From Geobacter sulfurreducens PCA (GTDB lineage: Bacteria > Desulfobacterota > Desulfuromonadia > Geobacterales > Geobacteraceae), in contig NC_002939.5 in the NCBI RefSeq assembly GCF_000007985.2, positions 570,001 through 602,000 on the forward strand: a stretch of 32,000 bases of DNA, written 5' to 3'. The position numbers were made by a program, and so were the translations under genes. How positions within the stretch are numbered: position 1 is the stretch's first letter; the number at the start of each line of letters is the position of its first letter. The notes beneath the pieces were generated by a model, which had not been told where the DNA came from, ran no database searches, and saw only the letters and a program-made list of their open reading frames with translations. This document shows, in pieces, positions 1-9,087 of this stretch.

Positions 1-1388
1 TCGTCGGCACGATCCTCGATATCACCGAACGCAAGCGGGCCGAGGAGGCTATCCAGCAACTGGCCTATTTCGATGCGCTCACGGGACTGCCGAACCGGAC
101 CCTGCTCAGGGACCGCGTCAGCCAGCTGCTGTCCCAGGCGCGGCGGGAGGGGGGAGGTTTCGGCGTCCTGCACCTGGATGTGGACCGGTTCAAAGGGGTG
201 AATGACTCGCTGGGGCATGCCTGCGGCGACGTTCTGCTCTCCACCGTGGCCGGACGGATCGCTTCGAGTATCCGGGAGAGCGACACCGTGGCGCGGCTGG
301 GGAGCGACGAGTTCGTGGTGATTCTGCCGGGGGTGGGGCACGAAGAGGACGTGGTGGCGGTCGTCCGCAAGATAGTGGAAGAGCTGAACCGGCCTATCGT
401 CATCCAGGGTAATGATATCTTCTGCACCGCCAGCATCGGCATCGCCATCTATCCGACGGACGGTTCCAGTGCGGACATCCTGCTCAAAAATGCCGACATG
501 GCCATGCACAAGGCCAAGGAGTTCGGGGGTGACGGCTACCAGTTCTACTCGAGCGAGTTGAACCACCGGGCCATGGAGCGGCTGACCCTGGAGACCAGCC
601 TGCGCCGCGCGCTGGAGCGCCGGGAGTTTCTCCTGCACTACCAGCCGCTGCTCGGTATCGGGTCAGGCCGGATTGTCGGGGTGGAGGCACTGTTGCGGTG
701 GGACTCGCCGGAACTGGGCATGGTGTCGCCGGCCCGTTTCATCCCCCTGGCCGAGGAGACGGGGCTCATCGTGCCGATCGGCGAGTGGGTCCTGCGCTCG
801 GCCTGCGAACAGCTCAGGGCCCTCCACGAGCTGGGCTACACCGAATTGTGCGTGTCCGTGAACGTGTCGGCGCGGCAGTTCCGGCACGACGGGTTCTGCG
901 CCATGGTGGCCGCCGTGCTGGCGGCAGTGGGGCTCGATCCCCGGTATCTGGAGCTGGAACTTACCGAGAGCGTCATCATGGAGCGCTCAGAGACGGCCAA
1001 GGGGATTCTGCGGAAGCTGAAGCAGATGGGGGTGTCGCTCGCCATCGATGATTTTGGTACCGGCTACTCATCCCTGAGTTACCTGAAGCACTTTCCCATC
1101 GACCGGCTCAAGATCGACCGCACCTTTGTCAAAGAAGTGACCGTGGACCAGGACAATGCCGCCATTGCCGAGGCGATCGTCGCCCTGGCCCACGTGCTGA
1201 ATCTGGATGTCGTGGCGGAAGGGGTGGAGACCGCCGAACAACTTGCCTTCCTGGCGGCGCTCCGCTGCGACGTGGTCCAGGGGTATCACATCGCCCGTCC
1301 CCTTCCTCCCCGGAATCTGCTCGAATTCCTTGAAGCGCGGCAGGAGGATCGTGCCGCCCGCCCCATGCTCAGGTCACTTCAACCGTAA
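1..1388 (+). CDS. GGDEF-EAL signalling protein (diguanylate cyclase/phosphodiesterase), 5'-truncated by the window edge
   Basis: The frame starting at nt 3 is open from the window edge to the TAA at 1386-1388. The track start at 180 is an internal GTG. GGDEF-domain strings: FDALTGLPNR, DRFKGVNDSLGHACGD, RLGSDEF. EAL-domain strings: VGVEALLRW, ELELTES, DDFGTGYSSL, KIDRTF, AEGVET, QGYHIARP. Confidence 0.9.
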   Translation, partial: VGTILDITERKRAEEAIQQLAYFDALTGLPNRTLLRDRVSQLLSQARREGGGFGVLHLDVDRFKGVNDSLGHACGDVLLSTVAGRIASSIRESDTVARLGSDEFVVILPGVGHEEDVVAVVRKIVEELNRPIVIQGNDIFCTASIGIAIYPTDGSSADILLKNADMAMHKAKEFGGDGYQFYSSELNHRAMERLTLETSLRRALERREFLLHYQPLLGIGSGRIVGVEALLRWDSPELGMVSPARFIPLAEETGLIVPIGEWVLRSACEQLRALHELGYTELCVSVNVSARQFRHDGFCAMVAAVLAAVGLDPRYLELELTESVIMERSETAKGILRKLKQMGVSLAIDDFGTGYSSLSYLKHFPIDRLKIDRTFVKEVTVDQDNAAIAEAIVALAHVLNLDVVAEGVETAEQLAFLAALRCDVVQGYHIARPLPPRNLLEFLEARQEDRAARPMLRSLQP

Positions 1389-1812
1389 TCTGCTTGGGCT
1401 TCACCTCCTCCCGCTTGGGAAGGGTGATGGTGAGGACCCCTTTGTCGGAGCTGGCCCTGACCTTCTCCTGGTCGATGGTGGCGGGGATCGAGAAGCTCCG
1501 CTGGAAGCTGCCGTAGTAGCGTTCCACCCGATGGTAGTTCTCCTTGCGGACCTCTTCCTCGTGCTTGCGTTCGCCCCGGATGGTGAGGGTGTTGTCCTCG
1601 ATCCGCACCTCGATGTCCTTCTGGTCGATGCCGGGCAGCTCGGCCTTGATGATCACCGCGTTTTCATCCTCGAAGATGTCCACGGGGGGCTGCCAGGCCC
1701 CTTCCCGCAACTCTTCCCCGCCCTGCTTGCTCCAGGCCAGATCCAGAAGCCGGTTCATCTGCTCCTGCATATTCATCATGTCGCGAAACGGGCTGTACTT
1801 GACGATTGCCAT
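1369..1812 (-). CDS. Hsp20/alpha-crystallin family small heat-shock protein
   Basis: Translation MAIVKYSPFRDMMNMQEQMNRLLD...VDIFEDENAVIIKAELPGIDQKDIEVRIEDNTLTIRGERK...GSFQRSFSIP...GVLTITLPK is a typical alpha-crystallin domain. I chose the ATG at 1812 because AAGGAGGT lies 7 nt upstream, so the 14 extra N-terminal residues in the track ORF were dropped. The 3' end overlaps the convergent GGDEF-EAL gene by 20 nt. Confidence 0.9.
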   Translation of the reverse strand: MAIVKYSPFRDMMNMQEQMNRLLDLAWSKQGGEELREGAWQPPVDIFEDENAVIIKAELPGIDQKDIEVRIEDNTLTIRGERKHEEEVRKENYHRVERYYGSFQRSFSIPATIDQEKVRASSDKGVLTITLPKREEVKPKQITVEVT

Positions 1813-1854
1813 GACTGCGCACCTCCTTGGTGGTGATGTGTTCGATCTGATCAC

Positions 1855-1882
1855 AACATAATCACCCGTTTTTCAAAGTCAA
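1855..1882 (-). promoter_or_regulatory. Possible sigma70-type promoter for hsp20
   Basis: On the minus strand: TTGACT (1882-1877), a 16-nt spacer, then TATGTT (1860-1855), about 40 nt upstream of the hsp20 ATG. This is a sequence match only. A heat-shock sigma factor or a repressor could be the real control. Confidence 0.3.
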
Positions 1883-1913
1883 GGGGGAGGCCTCCTCTGT
1901 CGGCGCCTCCCCC
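1883..1913 (-). terminator. GC-rich stem-loop between the small ORF and hsp20
   Basis: GGGGGAGGC (1883-1891) pairs with GCCTCCCCC (1905-1913), giving a 9-bp stem and a 13-nt loop. On the minus strand it is followed by TTGACTTTG, which is only moderately T-rich. Confidence 0.3.
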
Positions 1914-1958
1914 CTCTCTGTGTACCTATTCACTTGAGCTCGCGCGTGCTGCGGCGTG

Positions 1959-2135
1959 CTATACCCGCTTCCCCTTGGGAACGCTGTGTTTAAGCTTTTT
2001 AGAGCCGTCATAGAGGCTGCTCTTGGCGACCGAACGGCGCTCCTTGAGATCTTTGCGCTCGTAGTCGGTGGAGAGAGTAACTTCCGCATCCTCGGCCAAT
2101 TGTTCGATCATTTCCGTTTGCTTTTCCATCATCAT
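1959..2135 (-). CDS. Small hypothetical protein (58 aa), same orientation as hsp20
   Basis: ORF MMMEKQTEMIEQLAEDAEVTLSTDYERKDLKERRSVAKSSLYDGSKKLKHSVPKGKRV, with GAGGTG 6 nt upstream of the ATG at 2135. It fills an otherwise empty gap. I recognise no family. Confidence 0.35.
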   Translation of the reverse strand: MMMEKQTEMIEQLAEDAEVTLSTDYERKDLKERRSVAKSSLYDGSKKLKHSVPKGKRV

Positions 2136-2390
2136 ACCGTGCACCTCGCGTGGCTGACGGGCCCGCCCGGGGCGAGCCGGTTAAGGGGGAGCGTTACGGC
2201 ATCGGGCCTCCTCCCGATGCTGACACAATGATACCATGGGCCAGGGGAGATGCAATTGCTGCAAGATTAAAGTTTTGTAGTTATTTTAATGAGTTAAGGC
2301 CCTGTTGGCCGGGCTTTGATCCCATATCAGTTCTTGAAGCGGGGGTGATTCTGGGCTACCATGCGACCCAAAAAACGAAAGAGGTGCACT

Positions 2391-2570
2391 GTGCTCACAT
2401 ACAAGGTGGTGGAGATCGGGACCGTGACGGAGGACGTCATCGAGGAGGCCCTCAACGAATGGACCGCAAAGGGGTGGCGCTTCGACGGGATGCAGTTCGC
2501 CATGCGCGAGGCGAGCCGTCGTCCCTCCATGGCGTTTCTCATCTTCACCCGCGAAGCTGAGGAGGCGTAG
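2391..2570 (+). CDS. DUF4177-like small protein
   Basis: The sequence (V)LTYKVVEIGTVTEDVIEEALNEWTAKGWRFDGMQFAMREASRRPSMAFLIFTRE has the DUF4177 pattern: YKVV..., then GWR/E, then a hydrophobic tail. I prefer the GTG at 2391 because AGAGGTG lies just upstream. The ATG at 2361 is an alternative start. Its TAG stop directly abuts the polA ATG. Confidence 0.6.
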   Translation: MLTYKVVEIGTVTEDVIEEALNEWTAKGWRFDGMQFAMREASRRPSMAFLIFTREAEEA

Positions 2571-5246
2571 ATGGCGACCGACACGCTGTTTCTCATCGAC
2601 GGCTCCTCGTACATCTACCGGGCCTACTTCGCCATCAGGCATCTGTCGTCGCCCGCGGGTTTCCCCACCAATGCGCTCTACGGCTTCACCCAGATGCTCC
2701 TCAAGGTCATCAAGGATCACCATCCCGGCCGCTTGGCCGTGGTCTTCGACAAGGGGCGCACCACCTTCCGCACCGAGATCTACCCCGATTACAAGGCGAA
2801 CCGGGCCGCCATGCCCGATGATCTGGTTCCCCAGATCGGACCCATCAAGGAGATGGTCCGGGCCTTCAGCATCCCGGTTCTGGAGTTGGAGGGCTACGAG
2901 GCCGACGACATCATCGGCACCATTGCCCGGCGGTGCGAGGAGCAGGGTTTGGAGGCCGTGGTCGTCACCGGCGACAAGGATCTGATGCAGATCGTGAGCG
3001 ACCGCATCCGGCTGCTCGACACCATGAAGGACCGGGTGTCCGGCATCCCCGAGGTGGTGGAGCGCTTCGGCGTCGGCCCCGGGCAGGTCATCGACATACT
3101 GGGCCTGGCGGGCGACACCTCCGACAACATCCCCGGCGTCCCCGGCATCGGCGAAAAGACCGCCACCAAGCTGATCCAGGAGTTTGGCTCTCTGGACGCC
3201 CTGCTGGAGCGGGCCGGCGAGGTTAAGGGAAAGACCGGCGAGCGCCTGCGCGAGTTCGCGGAGCAGGCCCGGCTTTCCCGGCGTCTCGCCACCATTGTCC
3301 GCGACGTGCCCCTGGACTTCGACCTCGACGCCTTTGCCGTGGCCCCCGCCGACAATCGCCGATTGGCCGAACTCTTCAAGGAATATGGGTTCACGACCCT
3401 CATGAAGGAGCTGACCAGCGAGGCCACCCTGACCACCGAGCACTACCGCACCATTTTCGCGGAGGCCGATTTCCGGGCCCTGCTCGCCGACCTGGCCGGG
3501 GCCGGGGTCTTTTCGGTGGACCTGGAAACCACGAGCCTCAATCCTCTTGAGGCGGACATCGTGGGCATCTCCCTGTCGTTCCGGGATCACGAAGCCTGCT
3601 ACATCCCGGTGGGGCACGCCTATGACGGCGCCCCGGCCCAGCTCGACCGCACCCTGGTGCTGGAGGGGCTGCGGCCGCTCCTCACCGACCCCGCGGTGCG
3701 CAAGGTGGGGCAGAACCTCAAGTACGACTACCAGGTGCTGCGCCGTCACGGCATCGTCATGGCCGGGGTCTGGTGCGATACCATGGTCGCCTCCTATCTG
3801 ATCAACCCGGTCCGGTCGGGCCACGGCCTGGACTCCCTGGCGGTGGAGCACCTGGACCACCGGATGATCTCCTACGAGGAGGTGGCCGGGAAGGGAAAGG
3901 ACCAGCTGAACTTTGCCCGGGTGCCGGTGGAAAAGGCGTCCACCTATTCCTGCGAGGATGCCGACGCCGCCTGGCTCCTGCACCGGCTGTTCCTGCCCCG
4001 GGTGGCCGAGGCCGGCATGGAGCGCCTGTTCTTCGATCTGGAGATGCCGCTCGTACCGATCCTGGCCGAGATGGAAACGGCCGGGGTCAAGCTGGACCTG
4101 GCGCTGCTGGGGGAACTCTCCGCCGGGCTCGGCAGCCAGTTGACGGCTCTGGAGGAGCAGGTCATGGCGCTCGCGCCCGAGCCGTTCAACCTCAACTCGC
4201 CCAAGCAGCTGGGAGAGGTGCTGTTCGAGAAAATGAAGCTCCCAGCCGGGAAAAAGACCAAGACCAAAACCGGCTGGTCCACCAACGTGGAGGAGCTGGA
4301 ACGGCTGGCCGAGGCCGGGCACGAGATCGCCGCGGCCATCCTCCGGTACCGGGGGCTCGCCAAGCTCAAGTCCACCTACACCGATGCCCTGCCCAGGCTG
4401 GTGCACCCGGCCAGCGGGAGGGTGCACACCTCCTACAACCAGACCGTCACCAACACCGGGCGGCTCTCGTCCTCGGAGCCCAACCTGCAGAACATCCCGG
4501 TCCGCACCGACGAGGGGCGGAAGATCCGGCGCGCCTTCATCGCGGAGGAGGGCCACCTGATCCTCTCGGCCGACTACTCCCAGATCGAGCTGCGGGTCCT
4601 GGCCCATCTCTCGGAGGACCGGGTCTTCTGCGACGCCTTTGCCCGGGACGAGGACATCCACACCCGGACCGCGGCCGAGGTGTTCGGCCTCTTCCCGGAG
4701 ATGGTGACGCCCGAGATGAGGCGCCAGGCCAAGGCCATCAACTTCGGGGTCATCTACGGACAGGGGGCCTTCAGTCTGGCCAAGCAACTGGGGATCACCA
4801 CCAAGGTGGCCAAGGAGTTCATCGACAACTACTTCGCCCGCCATCCTGGCGCCCGGGCCTTCCTGGACGGCTGCGTGGCCGAGGCCGAGGCCAGGGGCTA
4901 CGTGACCACCCTCATGGGGCGGCGGCTCCCCATTCCGGACATCGCCAGCAGCAACGGCAACATCCGGGCCTTTGCCCAGCGCAACGCCGTCAACTACCCC
5001 ATTCAGGGCTCGGCCGCGGACATCATCAAGGCGGCCATGGTGCGGGTCACGGAGCGGATGCGGCGAGAGGGGCTCACCAGTCGCCTGATCATGCAGGTCC
5101 ACGACGAACTGGTCTTCGAGGTGCCGGAGGGCGAACGGACCGCCATGGAGCGGCTCGTGCAACACGAGATGGAGCATGCTGCCCCCCTCCGGGTGCCGCT
5201 GCGGGCGGACGTGAACGTGGGGCGTAACTGGAGCGAGGCCCACTGA
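2571..5246 (+). CDS. polA: DNA polymerase I
   Basis: 891 aa. 5'-nuclease region: LFLIDGSSYIYRAYFA, VVTGDKDLMQ, SDNIPGVPGIGEKTA. 3'-5' exonuclease region: SVDLETTSL, KYDYQVL. Polymerase motifs A, B and C: LSADYSQIELRVLAH, RRQAKAINFGVIYG, QVHDELVFE. Confidence 0.97.
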   Translation: MATDTLFLIDGSSYIYRAYFAIRHLSSPAGFPTNALYGFTQMLLKVIKDHHPGRLAVVFDKGRTTFRTEIYPDYKANRAAMPDDLVPQIGPIKEMVRAFSIPVLELEGYEADDIIGTIARRCEEQGLEAVVVTGDKDLMQIVSDRIRLLDTMKDRVSGIPEVVERFGVGPGQVIDILGLAGDTSDNIPGVPGIGEKTATKLIQEFGSLDALLERAGEVKGKTGERLREFAEQARLSRRLATIVRDVPLDFDLDAFAVAPADNRRLAELFKEYGFTTLMKELTSEATLTTEHYRTIFAEADFRALLADLAGAGVFSVDLETTSLNPLEADIVGISLSFRDHEACYIPVGHAYDGAPAQLDRTLVLEGLRPLLTDPAVRKVGQNLKYDYQVLRRHGIVMAGVWCDTMVASYLINPVRSGHGLDSLAVEHLDHRMISYEEVAGKGKDQLNFARVPVEKASTYSCEDADAAWLLHRLFLPRVAEAGMERLFFDLEMPLVPILAEMETAGVKLDLALLGELSAGLGSQLTALEEQVMALAPEPFNLNSPKQLGEVLFEKMKLPAGKKTKTKTGWSTNVEELERLAEAGHEIAAAILRYRGLAKLKSTYTDALPRLVHPASGRVHTSYNQTVTNTGRLSSSEPNLQNIPVRTDEGRKIRRAFIAEEGHLILSADYSQIELRVLAHLSEDRVFCDAFARDEDIHTRTAAEVFGLFPEMVTPEMRRQAKAINFGVIYGQGAFSLAKQLGITTKVAKEFIDNYFARHPGARAFLDGCVAEAEARGYVTTLMGRRLPIPDIASSNGNIRAFAQRNAVNYPIQGSAADIIKAAMVRVTERMRREGLTSRLIMQVHDELVFEVPEGERTAMERLVQHEMEHAAPLRVPLRADVNVGRNWSEAH

Positions 5247-5435
5247 ACCGGAATGCCTGAACCTGAAACTGCAGGGGGGGACCGTTGCCACGGCGGCAGG
5301 TAGTGTTCAACTGCCGAATATGCGTCGAATTTTTTAATCGCCTCGGCTCAGAATTCTAATGAAATAATCGGGCGAGGAGCGTATACTTTTTCCGACGCTG
5401 GTTCCGCCGATTTCCCTGGGGGCAGGAGGTGCCGC

Positions 5436-6461
5436 ATGTCCGGCGACATTCTGAACGACATCGTTGCAGCATGCCTGGAGCTTGAACGCAAGGCCTCATC
5501 GGTATTCAAGATGTTCGCGGCACACGCCGGCAGCGACGAGGCGCGGCGTTTCTGGGAGACCGTTGCCGACGAAACCCGTCATCACAGTGCCGTGTATGAG
5601 CGCCTGCAGGAGAGGGGCGGGCGCGAGAACCTGCCGATCATCATCTACAAGCCGGCCGAGACCCTGGAAGAACTGGAAATGATCGGCAAGAGCATCGACG
5701 AGCAGGTCGAGCGCTATACCGAGGCCCCCTCCAGCGAGGCCGCCTGTCTGCTCGGCTTCCGCCTGCAGCTCTACCTCCTCCATCCCGCCTTTGCGAGTCT
5801 CTGTCGCCTGACCAGGGATGCCAGCGGCGAGGACCTGCCCGATATCGGCTACGGCCGCTACCTGCGTCGTTTTATCGACGGCATCGGCTCCTGCGGCCTG
5901 GCCACCGCCGAAACGGAACTGCTGGGCGAGGCCCTGTTCCGGCTCTGGAACGAGGCGCGGCAGCTGGCAGCCCAGTCCCACTTCGACGCCCTCACGGGGG
6001 TCATGACACGGGCCGGCTTCTTCAAGACCGTGGGCTCACTCGCCTACGCGGCCCAGCGCAGCGGAAGCAACGTGGGCATCATGCTCATTGATCTGGATTA
6101 TTTCAAACTGGTGGGGGACAACTACGGCCACCAGACCGGCGACCGCATCCTGCAGCTGGTGGCGGAAACCATCACCTCCCACCTGCGCCGCTCCGACGTG
6201 GTTGGGCGCTACGACGGCGACGAATTCGTGGTCTACCTGTCGCCGGTGGAACCGGCGTCGCTCCGGACCGTGGCCGAGAACCTGCGGCGCAGCATTGAGG
6301 AGGAAAGCGCCCGCATGGTGCCGGTCACCGCCAGCATCGGCGTTGCCCAGGGCATTCTCGGCACCGACGTGGACGGGGGGATCGAAGAGCTGGTCCGCCT
6401 GGCCGACGAGTGTCTCATGCAGGCCAAGTACACCGGCAAGAACAAGGTTGTCGTGAAATAG
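5436..6461 (+). CDS. GGDEF-domain protein with an N-terminal helical (ferritin/rubrerythrin-like?) domain
   Basis: AGGAGG lies 6 nt upstream of the ATG. The C-terminal half has FDALTGVMTR, DLDYFKLVGDNYGHQTGD, RYDGDEFVVYL and ASIGVA. The signature pentapeptide reads DGDEF rather than GG(D/E)EF. The N-terminal call is tentative. Confidence 0.85.
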   Translation: MSGDILNDIVAACLELERKASSVFKMFAAHAGSDEARRFWETVADETRHHSAVYERLQERGGRENLPIIIYKPAETLEELEMIGKSIDEQVERYTEAPSSEAACLLGFRLQLYLLHPAFASLCRLTRDASGEDLPDIGYGRYLRRFIDGIGSCGLATAETELLGEALFRLWNEARQLAAQSHFDALTGVMTRAGFFKTVGSLAYAAQRSGSNVGIMLIDLDYFKLVGDNYGHQTGDRILQLVAETITSHLRRSDVVGRYDGDEFVVYLSPVEPASLRTVAENLRRSIEEESARMVPVTASIGVAQGILGTDVDGGIEELVRLADECLMQAKYTGKNKVVVK

Positions 6462-6485
6462 CGCTGCCGGCGGTCCAGGCCGCGG

Positions 6486-6983
6486 TCAGAACCCTACCCC
6501 CACCCCTATGCCGAAGTGCACCGCCGGCTGGGCATAGGGATCCTCAGGTCTCCAGACGTACATCTCCCTGATAGCAATCACCGGATAACGGTAGCTGGTT
6601 CCGTCGAGGCGCCGTTCCGTCACGCCGGTCACCGTTCCCACCAGAGTCACGAGCCTTCCCCGGCTGAAGATCAGCGGGTCGAGAAATTCGCGGCTGCGGG
6701 CGAGGAAACGCCCTTCGGACCCGTGTTTCTCCTGGGGCCGGTCGTCGGAGTCCAGAGAAAACTGGACCACTTCCAGTTCTGCTCCATCGGGCCGGTTTGC
6801 CGTTTCGGCCACCGCCCCTCCCAGCAGGAGGTGACGCCCCATGTATGCGTTGGGGTTCTCCCGCACCACGGCAAAGGACAGGCTCCGTTCAGCCAGAAGG
6901 AGGGACTCCCGGCTGATGACCTGCCGGGCGCAACCGGCCAGGGTGCAGGCAATGACCAGAACGAACAGCAACCGTATCGGCAT
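6486..6983 (-). CDS. slp: Slp-family outer-membrane lipoprotein
   Basis: Signal peptide with lipobox (LFVLVIACTLAGC). The size is about 165 aa and the body pattern is Slp/YeaY-like (LLLGGAV..., VVQFSLDSDDRP). AAGGAAAGG precedes the ATG. The gene starts 16 nt after the upstream methyltransferase stop, so the two probably form an operon. Confidence 0.6.
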   Translation of the reverse strand: MPIRLLFVLVIACTLAGCARQVISRESLLLAERSLSFAVVRENPNAYMGRHLLLGGAVAETANRPDGAELEVVQFSLDSDDRPQEKHGSEGRFLARSREFLDPLIFSRGRLVTLVGTVTGVTERRLDGTSYRYPVIAIREMYVWRPEDPYAQPAVHFGIGVGVGF

Positions 6984-6999
6984 GATGCGCCCCTTTCCT

Positions 7000-7629
7000 T
7001 CAACTGAGGCGGTAGCCCAGGAGCACGCCGTTTCCCACCGGCACGATGGTGGTGAAGAAATCCCGCCGCCTGGACAGATGGTGGTTGAACTCCCGCAGGG
7101 CAGCGGTCTCAGGGTCCTCGTGGCTTTCGGCCACCGATCCGCGCCGGAGGGCGTTCACGGCGATGAGAAGTGCATTTTTTGCCAGGCACCGGTTCATCCG
7201 CTCCAGCACGTCAGCCCCGTTGAAGACGTCGCAGTCCATGAACAGGATATCGATGTCCCGCTGGCCGGCGGCGATTCCCAGGGGATCCCCGACCTGCAGC
7301 TCAACCCGGTCGATGAGTCCGTTGTCGTGGAGCATGCGGCGGGCATGCTCCACGTTGTCCCGGTCGGGGTCGATCATCACCACCCTGCTGCTGATGCTGA
7401 TCGCCCGGGCGAACCACCAGCTGGCGCAGCCGAGGCCGTCGCCGGGCACCACCACCAACTGTGGCTGCTTGATCCGCGCCAGCAGATAGAGCAGGCGCCC
7501 CGTCTGCCGGTCCACGATGGGAATATTCCGCTCACGGGCAATCTGCTCCATGGCGGCCACCACCGGGTCGGCTTCGGGCAGGAGTCCGTCCAGATACGCC
7601 CCGATGCGGGAGTCGACTATCGGAATCAT
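7000..7629 (-). CDS. Class I SAM-dependent O-methyltransferase-like protein
   Basis: MIPIVDSRIGAYLDGLLPEADPVVAAMEQIARERNIPIVDRQTGRLLYLLARI... resembles family-3 O-methyltransferases. The start was placed at the ATG at 7629. The longer track ORF adds 21 poorly supported residues. Confidence 0.6.
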   Translation of the reverse strand: MIPIVDSRIGAYLDGLLPEADPVVAAMEQIARERNIPIVDRQTGRLLYLLARIKQPQLVVVPGDGLGCASWWFARAISISSRVVMIDPDRDNVEHARRMLHDNGLIDRVELQVGDPLGIAAGQRDIDILFMDCDVFNGADVLERMNRCLAKNALLIAVNALRRGSVAESHEDPETAALREFNHHLSRRRDFFTTIVPVGNGVLLGYRLS

Positions 7630-7777
7630 CGCTCGTCCCTTCCTTCCGCCTATTTTTTTCATACGGTCCGGGTGGTTAGACAAGTCTAACACTTACGGCC
7701 GAATGCGCAATCACCCCTCCGAGAAAAGCGCAAACTGTCTGTTGACTTGACCGGCGGCACCGTTCTTTAATAGCAGA

Positions 7778-8704
7778 ATGATCCAGGCTCAGACCGCGGC
7801 ACCGCCGCACGCAAAGGTAACGGCTATCCTCCTGTTCACCACTCTCATGTGGGGGGGGAGCTTCCTCTTCAACAAGATCGGGATGCGCGAGGTGCCTCCG
7901 GTCCACTTTTTCTTCTTCCGGTTCGCCCTGGCGGCGCTCCTCATGGGGGGGGTCTGCCTGCCGCGTCTGGCGCGCCTCAACCGCCACATCGCCGTGCGCG
8001 GAGCAGTGGTCGGCCTGGCCCTGGCCGCGGTGAACCTCACCTTCGTCCTCGGCGTGTCGGGCACCACCATCTCCCGGGCCGGGTACCTGAACAACCTCTT
8101 TGTCCTCTTTATCCCGCTCCTTACGTTCGCCCTGTGGCGCGAGCGGGTCGACCGGGTGACCTTCGGCGGCATCGCCCTGGCCGTGGTCGGGCTCTGGGCC
8201 CTGGCCAGCGGTGGGGCCGAGGGATTCAATCAAGGGGATCTCCTCTCCACGGTCTGCGCCCTGTTCATCGCCATCCACATCATAGCCGTTTCCCGGGTGC
8301 TGCGGGACGAGGACGTCTATCTGGTGACCTTCGTGCAGTTCGTCACCGTGGCCGCCGTGGGGCTCGTCCTCTGCCTGGTTCTCCCCTGGCCGGAATTCAC
8401 CATCGGCCGGGCCGGGGCCTGGTCCCTGGCGTACTGCGCCCTCTTTCCCACAGTCATCTGCTTTACCCTCCAGAACGCCTACCAGCGCTTCACCACCCCC
8501 ACCAGGGCGGGGCTGATCTACACCCTCGACCCGGTCTGGAGCATGCTGTTCGGCGTCTTTATCCTGGGTGAGCGGCTCACCCCCCGCGAACTGGCGGGCT
8601 GTGTCCTCATCCTCATGGCCGTGGCCGGGCCGCTCCTGGCCCGGCTCTATCTGGAGCAGCGCCATCGGCGGCTCTACCGGCTCGATGGCGCCGAAGGGAC
8701 CTAG
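7778..8704 (+). CDS. DMT-superfamily (EamA-like) transporter
   Basis: 308 aa and highly hydrophobic, with about 10 predicted TM segments in two repeated halves. EamA-like strings are present (LMWGGSFLFNKIG...; PTRAGLIYTLDPVWSMLFG). Confidence 0.8.
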   Translation: MIQAQTAAPPHAKVTAILLFTTLMWGGSFLFNKIGMREVPPVHFFFFRFALAALLMGGVCLPRLARLNRHIAVRGAVVGLALAAVNLTFVLGVSGTTISRAGYLNNLFVLFIPLLTFALWRERVDRVTFGGIALAVVGLWALASGGAEGFNQGDLLSTVCALFIAIHIIAVSRVLRDEDVYLVTFVQFVTVAAVGLVLCLVLPWPEFTIGRAGAWSLAYCALFPTVICFTLQNAYQRFTTPTRAGLIYTLDPVWSMLFGVFILGERLTPRELAGCVLILMAVAGPLLARLYLEQRHRRLYRLDGAEGT

Positions 8705-8706
8705 CC

Positions 8707-9087
8707 GTGGCGCCACCGACCTTTGCCGTGAGTGAAGAGAAAAACCGCTGGCTCCGGGACAAGATGGCCGAACTGGGGGTGAGCGAGGCGGACCTGGAGG
8801 AAACCTTTGTCCGCTCCTCCGGCGCCGGCGGCCAGCACGTGAACAAGACCGCCACCTGCGTCCAGATCCGGCATCGCCCCACCGGCATCGAAGTGAAGTG
8901 CATGAAGGACCGGAGCCAGTCCGTGAACCGCTTTCTGGCCCGGCGCGAGATCCTGGAGCGGATCGAACGGCTCAACAAGGGGGAGAGCCCCCGGGACGTC
9001 CGGGTCGAGAAGCTCCGGAAGCAGAAGGCGCGGCGGAAACGGCGGGCCACCACGAAATACGACCCAGAGAAGGACAATCAGCAATGA
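8707..9087 (+). CDS. GGQ-motif RF-1-domain protein (ArfB-like peptidyl-tRNA hydrolase)
   Basis: GTG start. Contains SSGAGGQHVNKTATCVQIRH...RSQSVNR and a basic C-terminal tail (KLRKQKARRKRRATTKY). The stop overlaps the mutS2 start (ATGA at 9084-9087). Confidence 0.75.
   Translation: MAPPTFAVSEEKNRWLRDKMAELGVSEADLEETFVRSSGAGGQHVNKTATCVQIRHRPTGIEVKCMKDRSQSVNRFLARREILERIERLNKGESPRDVRVEKLRKQKARRKRRATTKYDPEKDNQQ

Noticed and set aside
1813-1860. A possible RNA thermometer in the hsp20 5' UTR (CACCACCAAGGAGGTG could sequester the SD sequence)
   Set aside because: The pairing is only about 4 bp plus 2 bp around a too-tight loop. It has no ROSE or fourU signature. This is too weak to call from sequence alone.
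2330-2362. A sigma32-like string, CTTGAAG-N15-GCTACCAT, upstream of DUF4177/polA
   Set aside because: The spacing and the -10 element deviate from the consensus (CTTGAAA-N13-14-CCCCATNT). The downstream genes are not heat-shock genes. It is probably a chance match.
2286-5291. A 1001-aa ORF on the minus strand, the longest ORF in the track
   Set aside because: It lies exactly antisense to polA, whose product has unmistakable polymerase I motifs. Its translation is Gly/Pro/Arg/Leu-rich low-complexity sequence, typical of stop-free antisense frames in high-GC DNA.
8898-9083. N-terminal extension of mutS2 (the track ORF starts at 8898)
   Set aside because: The extension overlaps the GGQ-protein gene in another frame and translates to Pro/Gly/Arg-rich sequence. 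The conserved MutS2 N-terminus (MIRTETLRTLEFDKIL) begins at 9084.
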